A DNA stretch of 64,000 bases from Octopus vulgaris. Its lineage: Eukaryota. The notes under the pieces are model-generated. The model saw nothing but the letters and a program-made list of their open reading frames with translations, ran no database searches and had not been told where the DNA came from. The position numbers and the translations under genes are program-made. Shown here piece after piece: positions 13,828 through 28,965 of the stretch. The stretch is taken from the NCBI GenBank assembly GCA_951406725.2, contig OX597822.1, forward strand, positions 78,058,001 to 78,122,000. Reading direction: 5' to 3'. Each line of letters begins with the position of its first letter. The stretch's first letter is position 1.

Positions 13828-14448
13828 GGATCTTTTCTATTCTGAAGCCAGTTTTTTCAAATTTTTCCTACTGAACCAAACAATTTGAAACTTCGTATAC
13901 TGGTAGAATGTGTCAAAAGTAAACTTAATTGTAAACCAGAATGAAAACGGAATTGTAACTTCTAAGTTTAACGTTGTTTAATAATTAGAATTTTAACCAA
14001 TGATATTCCGTCATTCGGCTTTATTTTATTTACTCCGTCTCGACCACCAATTTCGTGACGTATTAAACAATGTAAACAAGCTATAGTCAGCCACCTTCTA
14101 ATAACAAAAGTTTGTCTTTGAAGTTACCGTCTAGGGGAAGCATTGATGTACATGTGTGTGTGTGTGTGTTTGATGGGGTGTGGGAGACAGTATGTTGTGT
14201 AAGTGAAGTGCTTCTGTTAGTGTGTGTGAAGAGACAGAGAGAGTAATGTGTGAAAGAGAGAGATAACTGAAATTTTTACTCGGTGTATGTGTATATGCCT
14301 GAATGTATGTGTGTATGTATCTGTGTATGTGTATGTATGTATGTATGTATGGCCGATTCAATGTAATTTTTTACACATACTTACACACACACACACACAT
14401 ACATACACACACACATGCAGACATACATATACACATACACCGAGTAAA

Positions 14449-14490
<42 letters not shown>

Positions 14491-15008
14491 TTTATAAAAA
14501 TATGGTAAAGTAAAAAAATTACTTAACCACACACCGAGCTTTTTAGAAATAGCAGCCAAAAATTTCTCAACTGCAAGAAAAAGTCTCCCAGACAATGCAT
14601 ACTCAGAAATAATTCACATACGTATAAGAGAAAAACAACGAAAAATCACATGGATTCTTCGATATATGTTATAAAAATATGGATTCTCCGATATAATTTA
14701 TAAAAATATGGTAAAGTAAAAAAATTACTTTACCACACACAAAGCTTTTTAGAAATAGCAGACGTCACAAAACTGCTTTCAACGTCACACTAACAGATCG
14801 CAGTAACGTTTTAGATATGAAAACAAGCAATCTCATTGGTTAAAATTCGCAGTTTTAATCTACGATTAAAGTCATAAAATAGATTTTTCTCAAATAAACT
14901 AGTTCCAACTGGCGAATAAACTAGTTCCACTCTATGAGTACACAAAGTTTCAAATTATTTAGTTAACTAGAAAGATCTGGGGTCCTGGCCACAAATTTGA
15001 AAAGATCC
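13828..15008. mobile_element. Non-autonomous DNA transposon with long TIRs, GGATC ends and 8-bp TSD (Merlin/MULE-like)
   Basis: ggatcttttc...gaaaagatcc ends, flanked on both sides by gaaaattg. Confidence 0.75.
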
Positions 15009-15069
15009 GAAAATTGCAAGTTGAGCCGAATCGGATTTACCTGTTCTTTCGTTTATAACCAGTAAAAAA

Positions 15070-15540
15070 AAATTAACTTCTCTTATTTTTTCTGATAATC
15101 TAACCTAGATATCTGCTGCAATTTCTTCGACTCGTGTTGTTATTGTCTTGCGAGACAATCTAATCTTGTCAAACATATTTAACTTTTCGGGGCATTAAAA
15201 GTTCAGCCACTGCCAAAAGACATTCTTTTACAAATTCATCGTCTGTATACTCGTTTTCATTCCCCAAAATAGCTTGCATGTACAATTTCTTTGAATTCTG
15301 TCTGCCATTTAGAAAAGAGCATATTTAGACTACCGATCTGTTTCTTGAAGGTTTCAATGTTTTGTTATTCAAATGTATCCATTCAATTTATTGTACCCCG
15401 AATGTTTTGAAACAGAATGCTGCTTAACATTAATTTCTTTAAATGTGGAGGCGGATTCTTGACATATCAAGCACATTGGTCTGACGCCTACTTCAACAAA
15501 GAAGTAATCATTTGTCCACTTAGCCTGGAATTTTCAAAAA
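15070..15540 (-). pseudogene. hAT (SPIN/Charlie, GTF2IRD2-like) transposase N-terminal relic
   Basis: FQAKWTNDYFFVEVGVRPMCLICQE..KQHSVSKH and YTDDEFVKECLLAVAELL..LSRKTITTRVEEIA. Confidence 0.75.
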
Positions 15541-16232
15541 TCTTTACTCTTTACTCTTTTACTCATTTCAGTCATTTGACTGTGGCCATGCTGGAGCACC
15601 GCCTTTAGTCGAGCAAATTGACCCCAGGACTTATTCTTTGTAAGCCTAGTACTTATTCTATCGGTCTTTTCTTATCTTTTTTTTTTTTTGATGAAGCCAT
15701 AAGTTGTGAAATTAACCCCATCAAATCTTCTTTCTTTGTCTGTGAAGAGATTGTATGCAAATAAAAAGTATTTATACACCTTTTCTTTATATGCAGTATA
15801 GGTAAATATACATATACTATTTCTACAATGATACAAAAGACTGTTACTTCGGCAACTTCTTAATCAACCATCAAACTAATAACTAAAAATTAAAATTTAA
15901 AAAGAAATACATCGATTTAAAGTTCAATTTCTGTTTGTGCCACTAATAATGATTTATTGGAATGATTCACTGACTTGCCTACACGTGCGTTTGTATTGTG
16001 TAACTTTGTGGAATAACGCTTTGGAAATAAAGTCTTGTCTGTTGTGCCTGAAAAGTCGTTATAAGTGAACGAAACAAATAGAACATTAAATCAATAATTT
16101 CCGTTTGTTGTTATAATGTCCTCAATAGGGGTGCCAATTTAAGGCTCGTGAATGTCTGGTTGGCTGCAAATTGACTCTGAAGCATGTTGAAAATTACATG
16201 GATGACTGACTAATAGTCACTGACTATGATGA

Positions 16233-16269
<37 letters not shown>

Positions 16270-16338
16270 AAATTCTTTTCCGTAATGAGATAAAAAAAAC
16301 CAAGGCTGTGTAGATTTTAGAGCATTTATAAATAGAAG

Positions 16339-16386
16339 GTCTTACAGCTGTTTCTAGGATATTTATTATATCCCTTCATCGGAGAC
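16339..16386 (-). ncRNA. Minimal type I hammerhead ribozyme (CCGAUGA variant) in a PLE pLTR-like unit
   Basis: gtct CCGATGA ag-ggatat-aataa-atatcc-ta GAAAC agct GTA agac; palindromic helix III. Confidence 0.7.
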
Positions 16387-16591
16387 GGTGTGAGCAGATG
16401 GTTAAGCAATAGTTAATTTAGATAAGATACGAAATATTTTTTATATACACACGCTGATATATGGCCTACGTTGGACTCCTTATTCGCATAATCACCGAAC
16501 CTGGAACTTAACTATGGTCTATCCATAGCGCTTAGTCAGCATTATCCGACGCCTTTGGGTCTCACTGACACCATTACCTCTCATAACCTCA

Positions 16592-16718
<127 letters not shown>

Positions 16719-16736
16719 TGTGTGTGTGTGTGTCAG

Positions 16737-17435
16737 AAATCAAATTGACTGACAGATTTTCATAGGTCAAGTTCCTTTATCATGGAAATACAAAGTACAT
16801 GAAAAATTCATCGAGATATTAGGTTTCAAGCGCTCCAATATTACATACCGAAGAAAAGCAGTATTACAAAACCTTACGATCGTTTCGAAAAATGCGTTTG
16901 TATTGGGCAAGGTTTCCGGCCGATTCAAATATTCGCATCAGAGATACAAATAAATCGATTAAAATAGTTTAAAAATTGAGAATGCTTAATATATCTTCAA
17001 CTTACAGAACTTGAAATCATATCGAGTAAGGTTATATATTTTTTAAATGTTATAGTATTTTTTTAAAAGTTCGCAAGCATGTAGAATGGCTTTGTGAAGT
17101 GGAAAATGCTTTTAAGTAAAACATTTGTGCGAATGAAAATGAAATTAAAAATATTTGTAAAAATAAATTAAAATGAGAACTCAAATTTCGGGCTAAACAT
17201 GGTTAAATTATCTTAATCGATTTATTTGCACTTCTTATGCAAGTATTTGTATCGGTTGAGAAACTCACCCAATACAAACGCATTCCTCGAAACGATCGTA
17301 AGGTTTTGTAATACTGCTTTTCTTTCGATTGTAATATTATAGCGCTTGAAACTTAACATCTCGATGAATTTTTATATACTTTTATTCCTATGATAAAGGA
17401 ACTTGACCTACGAAAATCCGTCATCCACTTTGATT
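16737..17435. mobile_element. Fold-back element or MITE with ~235-bp imperfect inverted arms
   Basis: 16737-16972 is the reverse complement of about 17203-17435. Confidence 0.8.
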
Positions 17436-17484
17436 TTTGTTATATTTTGATCATATCGAGCACTAATTATTTGCGCTGCAATAA

Positions 17485-17881
17485 AGGTTCGGTTGTGTGG
17501 TAAGTAGCTTGCTTACCAACCATATGGTTCCGGGTTCAGTGTCACTGCATGGCACCTTTGGCAAGTGTTTTCTACTATAGCCTCGGGCCAACCAAAGTCT
17601 TCTGAGTGGATTTGGTTGACGGAAACTGAAAGAAGCCCGTCATATATATGTAAATATAAATATATATATATGTGTGTGTGTGTGTAGGTATATATGTTTG
17701 TGTGTCTTTGTTTGACAACCGATGCTGGTGTAATTTACGTCCCCGTAACTTAGCAGTTCGTTAAAATCGACCGACAGAATAAGTACTAGGCTTACAATGA
17801 ATAAGTCTTGGGGTCGATTTGCTCGACTAAAGGTGGTGCTCCTGCATGGCTGCAGTCAAATGACTGAAACAGATAAAAGAA
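17485..17881 (+). mobile_element. SINE family A
   Basis: Full body and tail. Confidence 0.8.
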
Positions 17882-19249
17882 TATATATATGTGTGTGTGT
17901 GTGTACGGCACTAAATACTATGTGTGCGAACTAAAAGGTGGAAAAAGAAAAAGAAAAACCTGAAAAGAGCTCAAAACGTTCCCACCTCCTTCATCATTTT
18001 TAGATTCAACCAACAAAATCAATCGCTCGTTGGCGATCGTATTTCTACTTACCATCACGACTGTGTTCGCATTTTGTTTCCTCTCAAATTATGTGTAATA
18101 TTCTCGGACTAGACTTTGAAACTCTACAATGCCTTTGTCTGCTTCACTTCTCGAAAGGAGACACTTGGACGCAGCTGTTTGGACGCTGACGATTTGTCAC
18201 GGCTAACTGGAGATTCAACATGTTTTGGTGACGGTAATTTTTGGCACTGGAAGCAAAAACACGCTTGTGCGCGAATGGAGGTGTACTCTTATTGTTAGAC
18301 AACGAAAGGAGGAAAAAAGGCATTACAGCTTATAATGATTGATGTAAATACTCTCTCTCCTCGTCCATTCGATTACAGGTAAGTTCATAAGAGAGTTTAC
18401 TCTCATCAATTCACCGTGAGGAAAGTTCACTGCGAGGAGTTCGAAAATAAGGTGTTTTTTATTATATTCTTTTACTATGGGCTTATCTCTCCTTAAACTT
18501 TCCTTGCTGTGAACTTTACTCGCAATGAACATTCTTTACTGTGAAATTTCCCTGCGGTGAATTGATAACGGTGAACTTACCGGACATGTCCTCATTCAGA
18601 TAAGAAGAAATGTGCTCACACATTTAAACACAGAAATTTAGAAACAGGGAGAGAGAGAGAAAGAGCGATGGAGAGATTACAATTTATTAATTAAACGTAA
18701 CTGATATGAATACTTTCCCTCTTCTCGTGCACACAAAGAGAAATATGTTCATAAACCGAAAGGGGAAGGGAGAAAGAGAAACACTAAGATGAGAGAAACG
18801 TTAAAACGTTTGATGTCAAACAAGTCAGCGTCGAATCAGCGGCGCCAAAACGGCTGTGCCAAAACGTCTCCTCTTCATTGCTGGTTTGTCGAACATTTCA
18901 CACTCAGCAATTTCTTTAATATTAAGCCACAACAGTTACAATAAACGTTACGATAAAAGTCGTGATATTTGCCGGATAAAACCGTGCCAAAGTAACAAAT
19001 ACATAGCAGTAAGCACCATGTGTGTGTGTATGAGAGCACGCACATACACACAGACACACTTACATACTTGTACACACGCGCTCATAGACACAGACAAATA
19101 TTCAATTTAGAATCAGTGCTAGACTCGTAAGTAAATGTCGACCGTTTTTTCTCTTTTTTGAGTCGATGATTCATTGTTTTTTTAATTTACAACTCCCTTC
19201 GAAACATTTACACACGCGCGCGCGCACACACATACACACTTTCACACAT

Positions 19250-19443
19250 ATATACATACGTACATACGTACATACATACATACATACAAACATACATACA
19301 TACATACATACAAACATACATACATACATACATACATACATACATACATGCATACATACATACATACATACATACATGCATGCATACATACATACATACA
19401 TACATACATACATACATACATACATACATACATACATACATAC
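19250..19443. repeat. (TACA)n microsatellite
   Basis: Directly visible. Confidence 0.95.
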
Positions 19444-19787
19444 TAAAGTAAGTACATACAAGTATGCAGATATACGTGCGTACATATACATACACACATA
19501 CATACGTATGTGTGTGGGGGGCACAGATAGATACAGCATAAGAGAGAGAAAGAGTAGAGAGAGAGCGAGAGAAAGAGAATGAACGAGAGATGATGGAGTA
19601 ATTAAACAACAGGAGGGGAAATTTTGACATCAAAGCAATTTAGTAGTCAAAATAAACGCTAAGATCAATGGCAAAGAATAATATGCTACATAACTCCACA
19701 GAATATATCCATAAACTTTAATCAATACTACATGTATACGCTGTATTTATTTACAATATTTTCATGACCTCAAAAAGGGGGATCAAT

Positions 19788-19831
19788 AATCGGACTAGTT
19801 ATTATCCTGTGTCGGGATTTCATCAGTGACC
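19788..19831 (-). ncRNA. Decayed hammerhead-like motif
   Basis: CTGATGA a-atcc..ggat, mutated GAAA, then ACTAGTC; helix I pairing is weak. Confidence 0.35.
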
Positions 19832-20479
19832 GTCTATCCTCACATCTGTTATTAGAATTTAGACTTAGTTCTGTCATAAGCCATAGACCTCAAAAAGCTG
19901 TGGTTTGGTCCAATTACCATGACATAGAAGTGACTGAGATTACAACACTTCCCCTAAACAGGACGCCAGTCCATCGTAGAGTTAACTTCCCATCTATTAC
20001 TGAGATTCATTTAGAGCTGAGTGAACTGGAGCAACGTGAAATGAAGTATTTTTCTCAAGGACACAATGCACCACCCAGTTCAGGAATCGAAACCACAATA
20101 TTACTTAGCCACATGCCTTCACCTTACATCTGTCTAGGGGGACCCAAGTGGGGAAACGTTTATAGAACTGATTTGCTTCTTGTTGATCTGAAAATGACAA
20201 ATGAAGAGACACTGAAAAAGAATTTGCAACGAGTAGAGCTATGCATGAGATTTGTCAATTGTGACTCTCGGATTACCAACAGAGTGCAACGTCATCGTTC
20301 AGTAAGTTACGTCCCGGTGCTTAAGCATGTATTGTGCAGTCACTAGATTTAGGGCATTTGACACAGTCGAGTGCAAAGAAACAAATAATGAATATATGAC
20401 TTGTGATGGATGATGTAGTAGAAACAATGTAACCCACAACAGACAATGATACATTATATATTTGCTTAATCACATGCTA

Positions 20480-20550
20480 AGCTAATGGCGTAGTAGAAGC
20501 GCGCTGGGTCCAAAACCCAGAGATCTGTATGTCGAAACTAGGCTCTGCTG
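20480..20550 (+). pseudogene. tRNA-iMet-derived pseudogene
   Basis: agc..tggcgtagtagaagcgcgctgggtccaaaacccagagatc..tcgaaac..ctctgct aligns with eukaryotic initiator tRNA-Met; anticodon reads CAA and the stems carry mismatches. Confidence 0.75.
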
Positions 20551-20897
20551 TGAAATGGATACTATTTTTGATACTTAGGCATCGTAACTGGGTTGTCTAC
20601 AAATTTATTAATCGTATTCATTCATATGTACCTACAGGAAGGGCTTAGTGGGTAGAGACAATGGCAGTAAGATTTTTCCCTTAGTATATCTGGAATAACA
20701 TTGAAGCATATTGAAGCATAAGACTGTTAAAGAACCAACAACATTAATCAAACAATCTGGAAAAATGCGCTGTGTTATGCATATTGGTCTATCCGATTTA
20801 TTTCGATCCTTCATAACAATGGTCTTATAAGCAATGCTTCCGTCGATACTTCATTTTCAATCTATGAAGATACTGTATGTAAATAAAAGGTGTTTAT

Positions 20898-21063
20898 AGG
20901 CGTAGGTGTGGCTGCGTGGTAAGTAACTTGCTTACGAACCACATGGTTCCGGGTTCAGTCCCACTGCATGGCACATTGGGCAAGTGTCTTCTACTATAGC
21001 CTCGGGCCTACCAAAGCCTTGTGAGTGGATTTGGTAGACGGAAACTGAAACAAGCCCGTCGTA

Positions 21064-21135
<72 letters not shown>

Positions 21136-21346
21136 AGTATGTATGTATGTATTTTTGTGTGTATATGTTTGTGTGTCTGTGTTTGTTCCCAACATCGCTT
21201 GACAATTGATGCTGGTGTGTTTACGTCCCCGTAACTTAGCGGTTCGGCAAAACAAACCGATAGAATAAGTACTAGGCTTACAAAGAATAAGTCCTGGGGT
21301 CGATTTGCTCGACCATAGTCAAAATGACTGAAACAAGTAAAAGAGT
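20898..21346 (+). mobile_element. SINE family A
   Basis: Full-length copy with internal (TA)(TG) tract. Confidence 0.85.
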
Positions 21347-21751
21347 ATATAAATTTTAGTTAAATACTGTATTGGCAAATATACACATGTCCTCTCGTAC
21401 AATTTCACAAAAGACTGTTGATGCCCCAGCAATCTCTCAATCGAGCATCAAGCTTATAGCTAAAAATGTGTCACACATGCAAATCAAACTTTCCGTTTTA
21501 TTTATCAGTGTTCGAGTTGTCTCCATGGGCTGTTAAAGAAAGTAATTAGTCGATAACGAAATTGCAATACAGGACTGAGGTAACTCTGGCTAACACCGCT
21601 TTTTTCTGTTCACGAAGATCTCGTATATAAAGACAAGGTGCTTATCTTTGTCTATCGTATGCAATGGTTATCGTTATCTTTTACTTGTTTCGGTCTTTGA
21701 ACGGCCATGAGGGCTTTTAGCTGAACAAATTACCGCCTTTTGTTTGGTATT

Positions 21752-22152
21752 TACTCTTTTCTACTCTAGGCACAAGGTCCAAAATTTTGGGGGACGGGAC
21801 CAGTCGATTAGCTCAACCCCAGTACGCAACTGGTACTTAATTTATCGACCCGGAAAGGATGAAAGGCAAAGTCGATCTTGGCAGAATTTGAACTCAGAAC
21901 GTAAAGACAGACGAAATACCTATTTCTTTATTACCCACAAGGGGCTAAACATAGAGGGGACAAACAAGGACAGACATAGGTATTAAGTCGATTACATCGA
22001 CCCCAGTGCGTTACTGGTACTTAATTTATCGACCCCGAAAGGATGAAAGGCAAAGTCGATCTTGGCAGAATTTGAACTCAGAACATAAAGACAGACGAAA
22101 TACCGCTAAGCATTTCGCCCGGCGTGCTAGCGTTTCTGCTAGCTCGCCGCCC
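21752..22152 (-). mobile_element. SINE family B with duplicated body
   Basis: Reverse complement of the 4743-5125-type copy. Confidence 0.8.
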
Positions 22153-22263
22153 TGTTTGGTACTTACTCGGGTTTTTTCCTGAACTGCTAAATTACGGGTA
22201 CGTAAACAAAACAACAGCGGTTCTCAAGCGATGAGCGGTTACAAATGCAGACATGTACACACT

Positions 22264-22264
<1 letters not shown>

Positions 22265-22343
<79 letters not shown>

Positions 22344-22351
22344 AAGGTAGG

Positions 22352-22411
<60 letters not shown>

Positions 22412-22419
22412 AAGGTAGG

Positions 22420-22476
<57 letters not shown>
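22265..22476. repeat. (AGAT)n microsatellite
   Basis: Directly visible. Confidence 0.95.
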
Positions 22477-23450
22477 GCGATGGGCTTTAATACAGTTTAC
22501 GTCTATCAAATTTACGTCTATCAAATTCACTCGCAAGGCATTGGTCGGATCAGCGCAATAGATCGGTGGGAGCGAACCTGAAACTACAACCTTAACCACA
22601 CAGCCATGCCTACGCCTACATATACAATGCGTGCTAAAATCTATAAATATATTCTGTTACAATATAGCCTTGAAACAAAACACTATTGATGCAACACTAA
22701 TTAATCAATGAATAATATATATAAAAATACATGAGGCATGTTCACGATGGTCGATATATTACGAAGAAAACAATCGATTTTCTCGTTCTGGTTTTCAAAT
22801 AATAATGGTCAACTGCATATAATTTCAAGGAGTCATTTTTTTTTTTTGTTACTGCTGTTTTTGTTGTTATCTTCGTTGTCTTCGTCTTTGTTGTTGCTTA
22901 TGCTTAACTCCAAGTCAATCGTCATTGAACAAAAAGATCAATAATCAAATATATTCCAAATGAATGACCGCTCGAATCTAGGGTTGCGTTAACTGATCGA
23001 TCATTTTATCTTTTTTTTATTTGTTTCAGTTATTGGACTGTGGCCATGCTGGGGCACTGCCCTGGAGGGTTTGGGTCCAACAAGTAGATCTCTGAATTTA
23101 TTTTGTTAAGTCTGGTGCTTAATCTATTGGTTCGCCTATTTACGGGCGCGAAAACAAACTAGCACAGGTTGTCAAACGGTGGGGTGGGGAAACAAGCACA
23201 AAGACAAACACACGCGCGCTCGTGCACACACACATACACACACGCAGAGGCACTCGCACGCAAATACAGAGGCACTTGCACACGCACGCACACACATATA
23301 CGTATATATATATATATATATATTAATATATTAAGGGCATTACTACACATAAATGCCTCACGCTATGAGTAATTCTTAAAGTCAAAACTACCATAATAAA
23401 TACAAAACTATCATAATAAAGGAATAATTATAATTATAATAATAAAATAC

Positions 23451-24740
<1,290 letters not shown>

Positions 24741-26272
24741 TTTATACACTGTTCGTTAACAGAATAAGACATTCTAGATTCGTTCTGGTCAAGATAATGG
24801 AACTATTCTACCTCATGAATAGTAACCACAACTTGCTGTCATCGAAAGCATTAGCTAGTTTTGTTTTATCATTTGTGTACGAACACTCTATTACTCTTGT
24901 CCCATGCTGACTAACTTGCATGTCTATACGTTCATTGATTACGCCCCTGCATGCATAAACTCTCTTGCACACTTGCAAACTCTCTTGTATGTACATATGC
25001 ATACAAAAAAGCACCTTAAGTTGTTCTGGGCCCAAAGGCACCTAAAAGCTGTTTAAACTTGGCAGGATCCAACTCTCTCTAGGATAACACACATATTCAA
25101 CACCCCATTTGTAGTGAGCTGTTTTCACTTCTATCGCAGAATATTTCACCAAATTTCGTTGCCGACAGAAATCCTTTCGTATCAGACTTTCACATTCAAA
25201 CTAACTTTCCACTGCAACCAAAGAATATATATTTCCATTTTGAGAGTTTTATAAAATAAAACCCATGCTATCTATTATTTCCTCTTCCTTACTGGTTTAA
25301 TCTATATATTGTTTACTATTTTGTTTACAAATAAGAATAAGTTGGTGAAGAATTTTATTGATTTTAAGTCCAACTTTAGTTTAGCAGGCATAACATATCG
25401 TTATTTCTGCTTTAAAATACTAAGCTCTTTCAAAAAACTAAATAGATTAATTTCCAATACAAGTACATTGTTTTCTTTTCTTTTTTTTGTTCGCTAATGG
25501 TGGGCGACTCCTTAATTTGAATTTAAAACAATGCCTGCTCTTATGTAATTAACAGATCGCTTCACAACGTAAACACTTTATCACATTTTCTGTTTCCTCG
25601 GAGATTGCAGAATTTCCGAGGTGGAATCAACAATTTCTTTCACAAGTACTTTAGAGCTATTGTTTCCATTATTTGCGTTCCATATCTATTTGCAATATGT
25701 ATGAAAGCCGATAATCCCCAGCTGTAGAGAGGAGATAGTGTATTGTTTTTGTTTTGTTTTTTTTTTTGCTTAAGCTCTTATACAAAAAACATGTAGGTGT
25801 AGACTAATCATATATGTGTGTGTGTGTGAGTGCGTGTGTGTGTGTGTGTGTATGTATGTTAATATCTATTTATTTACATATCTACTTTATATCTACTTTT
25901 ATATCTATAAATCTATTACAATAAATTAAACCTTATTCCTCCTTGGACGCTCCTACTTTTTATTGTCTCTTGTTTTATTTTATTTTATTTTATTTTATTT
26001 TATTTTATTCCACCTTCCTCCTAACCACCCTAACCTCTCCTACTAACGACGCTACCATGTTATCTAACTGTGTATGTATATATGCATATATGTACAAATA
26101 TATACATATATATTTATGCATGTATATATACATGAATATATACATGCATATACATACAAGTATTTGTGTTTGCGCGCACGTGCGTAAGCATGGCTGTGTG
26201 TTTTAGAATTTCAATTTGCCCGCACTTGGTTTCGGATTCATTCATGTACACGGCCTCTTATGCGGGTATCTA

Positions 26273-26413
26273 TTAGGTTGTCCCAAAAGTTCGTAAACAC
26301 TTGCGAAAATTGAATTTTTACTCGCCAAGTACTAACAAAAACAACAAAAATTATTCCTCAAAATAAAGACCATTATTTTCCAAGACTTTCTACGAACTTT
26401 TGGGACAACCTTA
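26273..26413. mobile_element. Mariner-type MITE
   Basis: TIRs ttaggttgtcccaaaagttcgta / tacgaacttttgggacaacctta, TA flanks. Confidence 0.8.
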
Positions 26414-27213
26414 TAAAAAATAGATTGGTAGAAAGGAAGAAACTTCTCACATACATACATAGATACATACAAACCTACATACATACATGCATATACATAT
26501 ATATATATAAGTGTGTATGTATCCATATATGTATATGTGTGTGTATGTGTGTCTGTTTATGTATGTAATATATATTTTTACCGATCAAATCTTTTGTGAG
26601 TTAACATGGGATCCCTTGACGACGATGTAACATCCATTTAAATATGGTATTTTCGGCCTGTTATGTAGCTAGTTGAGTACCCTTCATTAAGTTACTACCA
26701 CTTCCGAGGTTCTACTAACTACAAAACATATGTCGTCTGAATTTTACCAGCTCCATTCCCTAAATTTCGATTTTTATTCGCATACATAGCAACGTTAGTT
26801 GTTAACCGTAAACTATAGAATTAATTTTTTCAGCTTATCTAACTTCATCAAGCGAAAAATTTACAACCTCCAACGTCAATAAACCACTATTATACATGAA
26901 AGTTGTTTTTCATACTTTTCTATGGACTTCTCGAAGCGTACTAGCTTCGTATACATTGATCCTTGAAACTTAGCTTTATGAAGAAGATTAGGAAATATTT
27001 CATCCACCAAATCATCGACGGAATCAGTTGAATTATATTTTCGATTGAGTGTAAGAAATTAGGCAATAGTATAATAGCTTCCCTTGAACTAGGTACTTTC
27101 ATTTTGCCGGAGAAAGAAAGACATAGAATCTCGATTTTATATAAGAGAAATGGCATAATAGCTTCCCCTGAACCATTTAGTTTCATCTTGGTGGGCAAAC
27201 AAACGGACAAAAT

Positions 27214-27278
<65 letters not shown>

Positions 27279-27374
27279 GTGTGTATTTGTGTGTGTATGT
27301 GTGTATGTGTGTGCATGTGTGAGTGTGTGAGTGTGTGTGTATATGTGTGTATATATATGTATATATATATATGA

Positions 27375-27438
<64 letters not shown>

Positions 27439-27912
27439 GGTTTAGAGCTTTCAGTTTCTGAGTTTTTACCATACAGCTGTTAGAAAAGAGTATATCATAA
27501 GAAGTAAGTGTGTATGATGGTGTGCAGATGGTCTCTTACAGCTGTTTCCGGAATAGATGTAGAGGATTTTAATATCCGCAGTTCAATCGTTTAAGACAAA
27601 GTGAGGTAGGTCATGAGTGGAAGGACTGTGTGAGGTATAAAGGACATTACAAAGAAAATCTTATAACCCAGCGGTCTAGTGGTTCTGTCATCGTCGCGAG
27701 AAGATTGTAGGTGTTTGCTCCACCTGCTGGCAATATATATCGGATACAGATTGCATCGATGACCAGCTGGAGGAGGAGGAGGCATCCTCCTGGCGTTAAA
27801 AACGGTTGTAGCTTCGGTTCCTACGGAACAGCCATGTTGAAGTGACGATAAATATTACCTCTCAGTATAGTTACAACTTGCATCTCTTATAGAGATTTTC
27901 TAACAAGATACT

Positions 27913-27964
<52 letters not shown>

Positions 27965-28283
27965 AAATAAAGAAAGTGAGAGAGGGGGAATGGACTCGCC
28001 CGTCAAAAATGACGTATGCGCGTACAGCTTTTGCTGAGCGATGTATACAAACGATTTGTTTATAGGGAGCAAATATTCGTGCTGCACATTAGCTCGCTCC
28101 GCCCATGAAATCGATGTTGTTTGAACAAGTGCAGTGTGTGTTATCCTTCAGATGTCGAAGTGACCGCAGAGCAACGTAGAAATAGAGTGTTTTGCTCAAG
28201 GACACAACGCACCACCCAGTCTAGGAATTGAAATCACGATCGCTAGATCGTGAGTGCAACACCCTAACAACTAAGCCATGCGC

Positions 28284-28325
<42 letters not shown>

Positions 28326-28409
28326 ATGTATGTATGTATGTATGTATGTATGTATGTATGTATGTACGTACGTATAGGGTGTTTGAAGTGGTGTACAGGT
28401 ATTGTCTGT

Positions 28410-28565
28410 TTAGAAAAAGAAAGCAGTCAGAATTTTGGATAATTCTTTATTAACACTTTCGTTCGTTTAACTGAATTCTTGATTCAATTTTTCTTGGAGA
28501 ATCCGGTTAAACGAACGAAAGCGCTACTAAAGACATCCAAAACTCTAACTGTCACACTTTTCTTA
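28410..28565. repeat. Imperfect hairpin made of two head-to-head HHR-like units
   Basis: Right arm carries cgaacGAAAGCGCTA; family also present at 40970-41085. Confidence 0.6.
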
Positions 28566-28806
28566 AATATGTGAGTGTACAAGGTGGCCTCTATATGTCA
28601 GCTCACGTTACACAGTATTAATATTATTAATATTATCAAAGCAGCAGCAAATATTTTTTTTAGACCTACGTGCTCGGATAAGACGTTGGCAGGTTGCTGA
28701 TGCCACTTTGGGCGGCAGACTGCGGTGGCATCTGGTGAAATGGACACGCTCATGAAACTTATAGATACATTCAAACACACAAATATATATATATACATAC
28801 ATACAT

Positions 28807-28886
<80 letters not shown>

Positions 28887-28907
28887 GCATATACATATAT
28901 GTGTGTA

Positions 28908-28960
<53 letters not shown>

Positions 28961-28965
<5 letters not shown>

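Noticed and set aside
19900-20346. 148-aa ORF
   Set aside because: Begins within an antisense SINE fragment and has no recognisable domain
27591-27785. ORF faintly resembling a GIY-YIG C-terminus
   Set aside because: No diagnostic motifs; too weak to call
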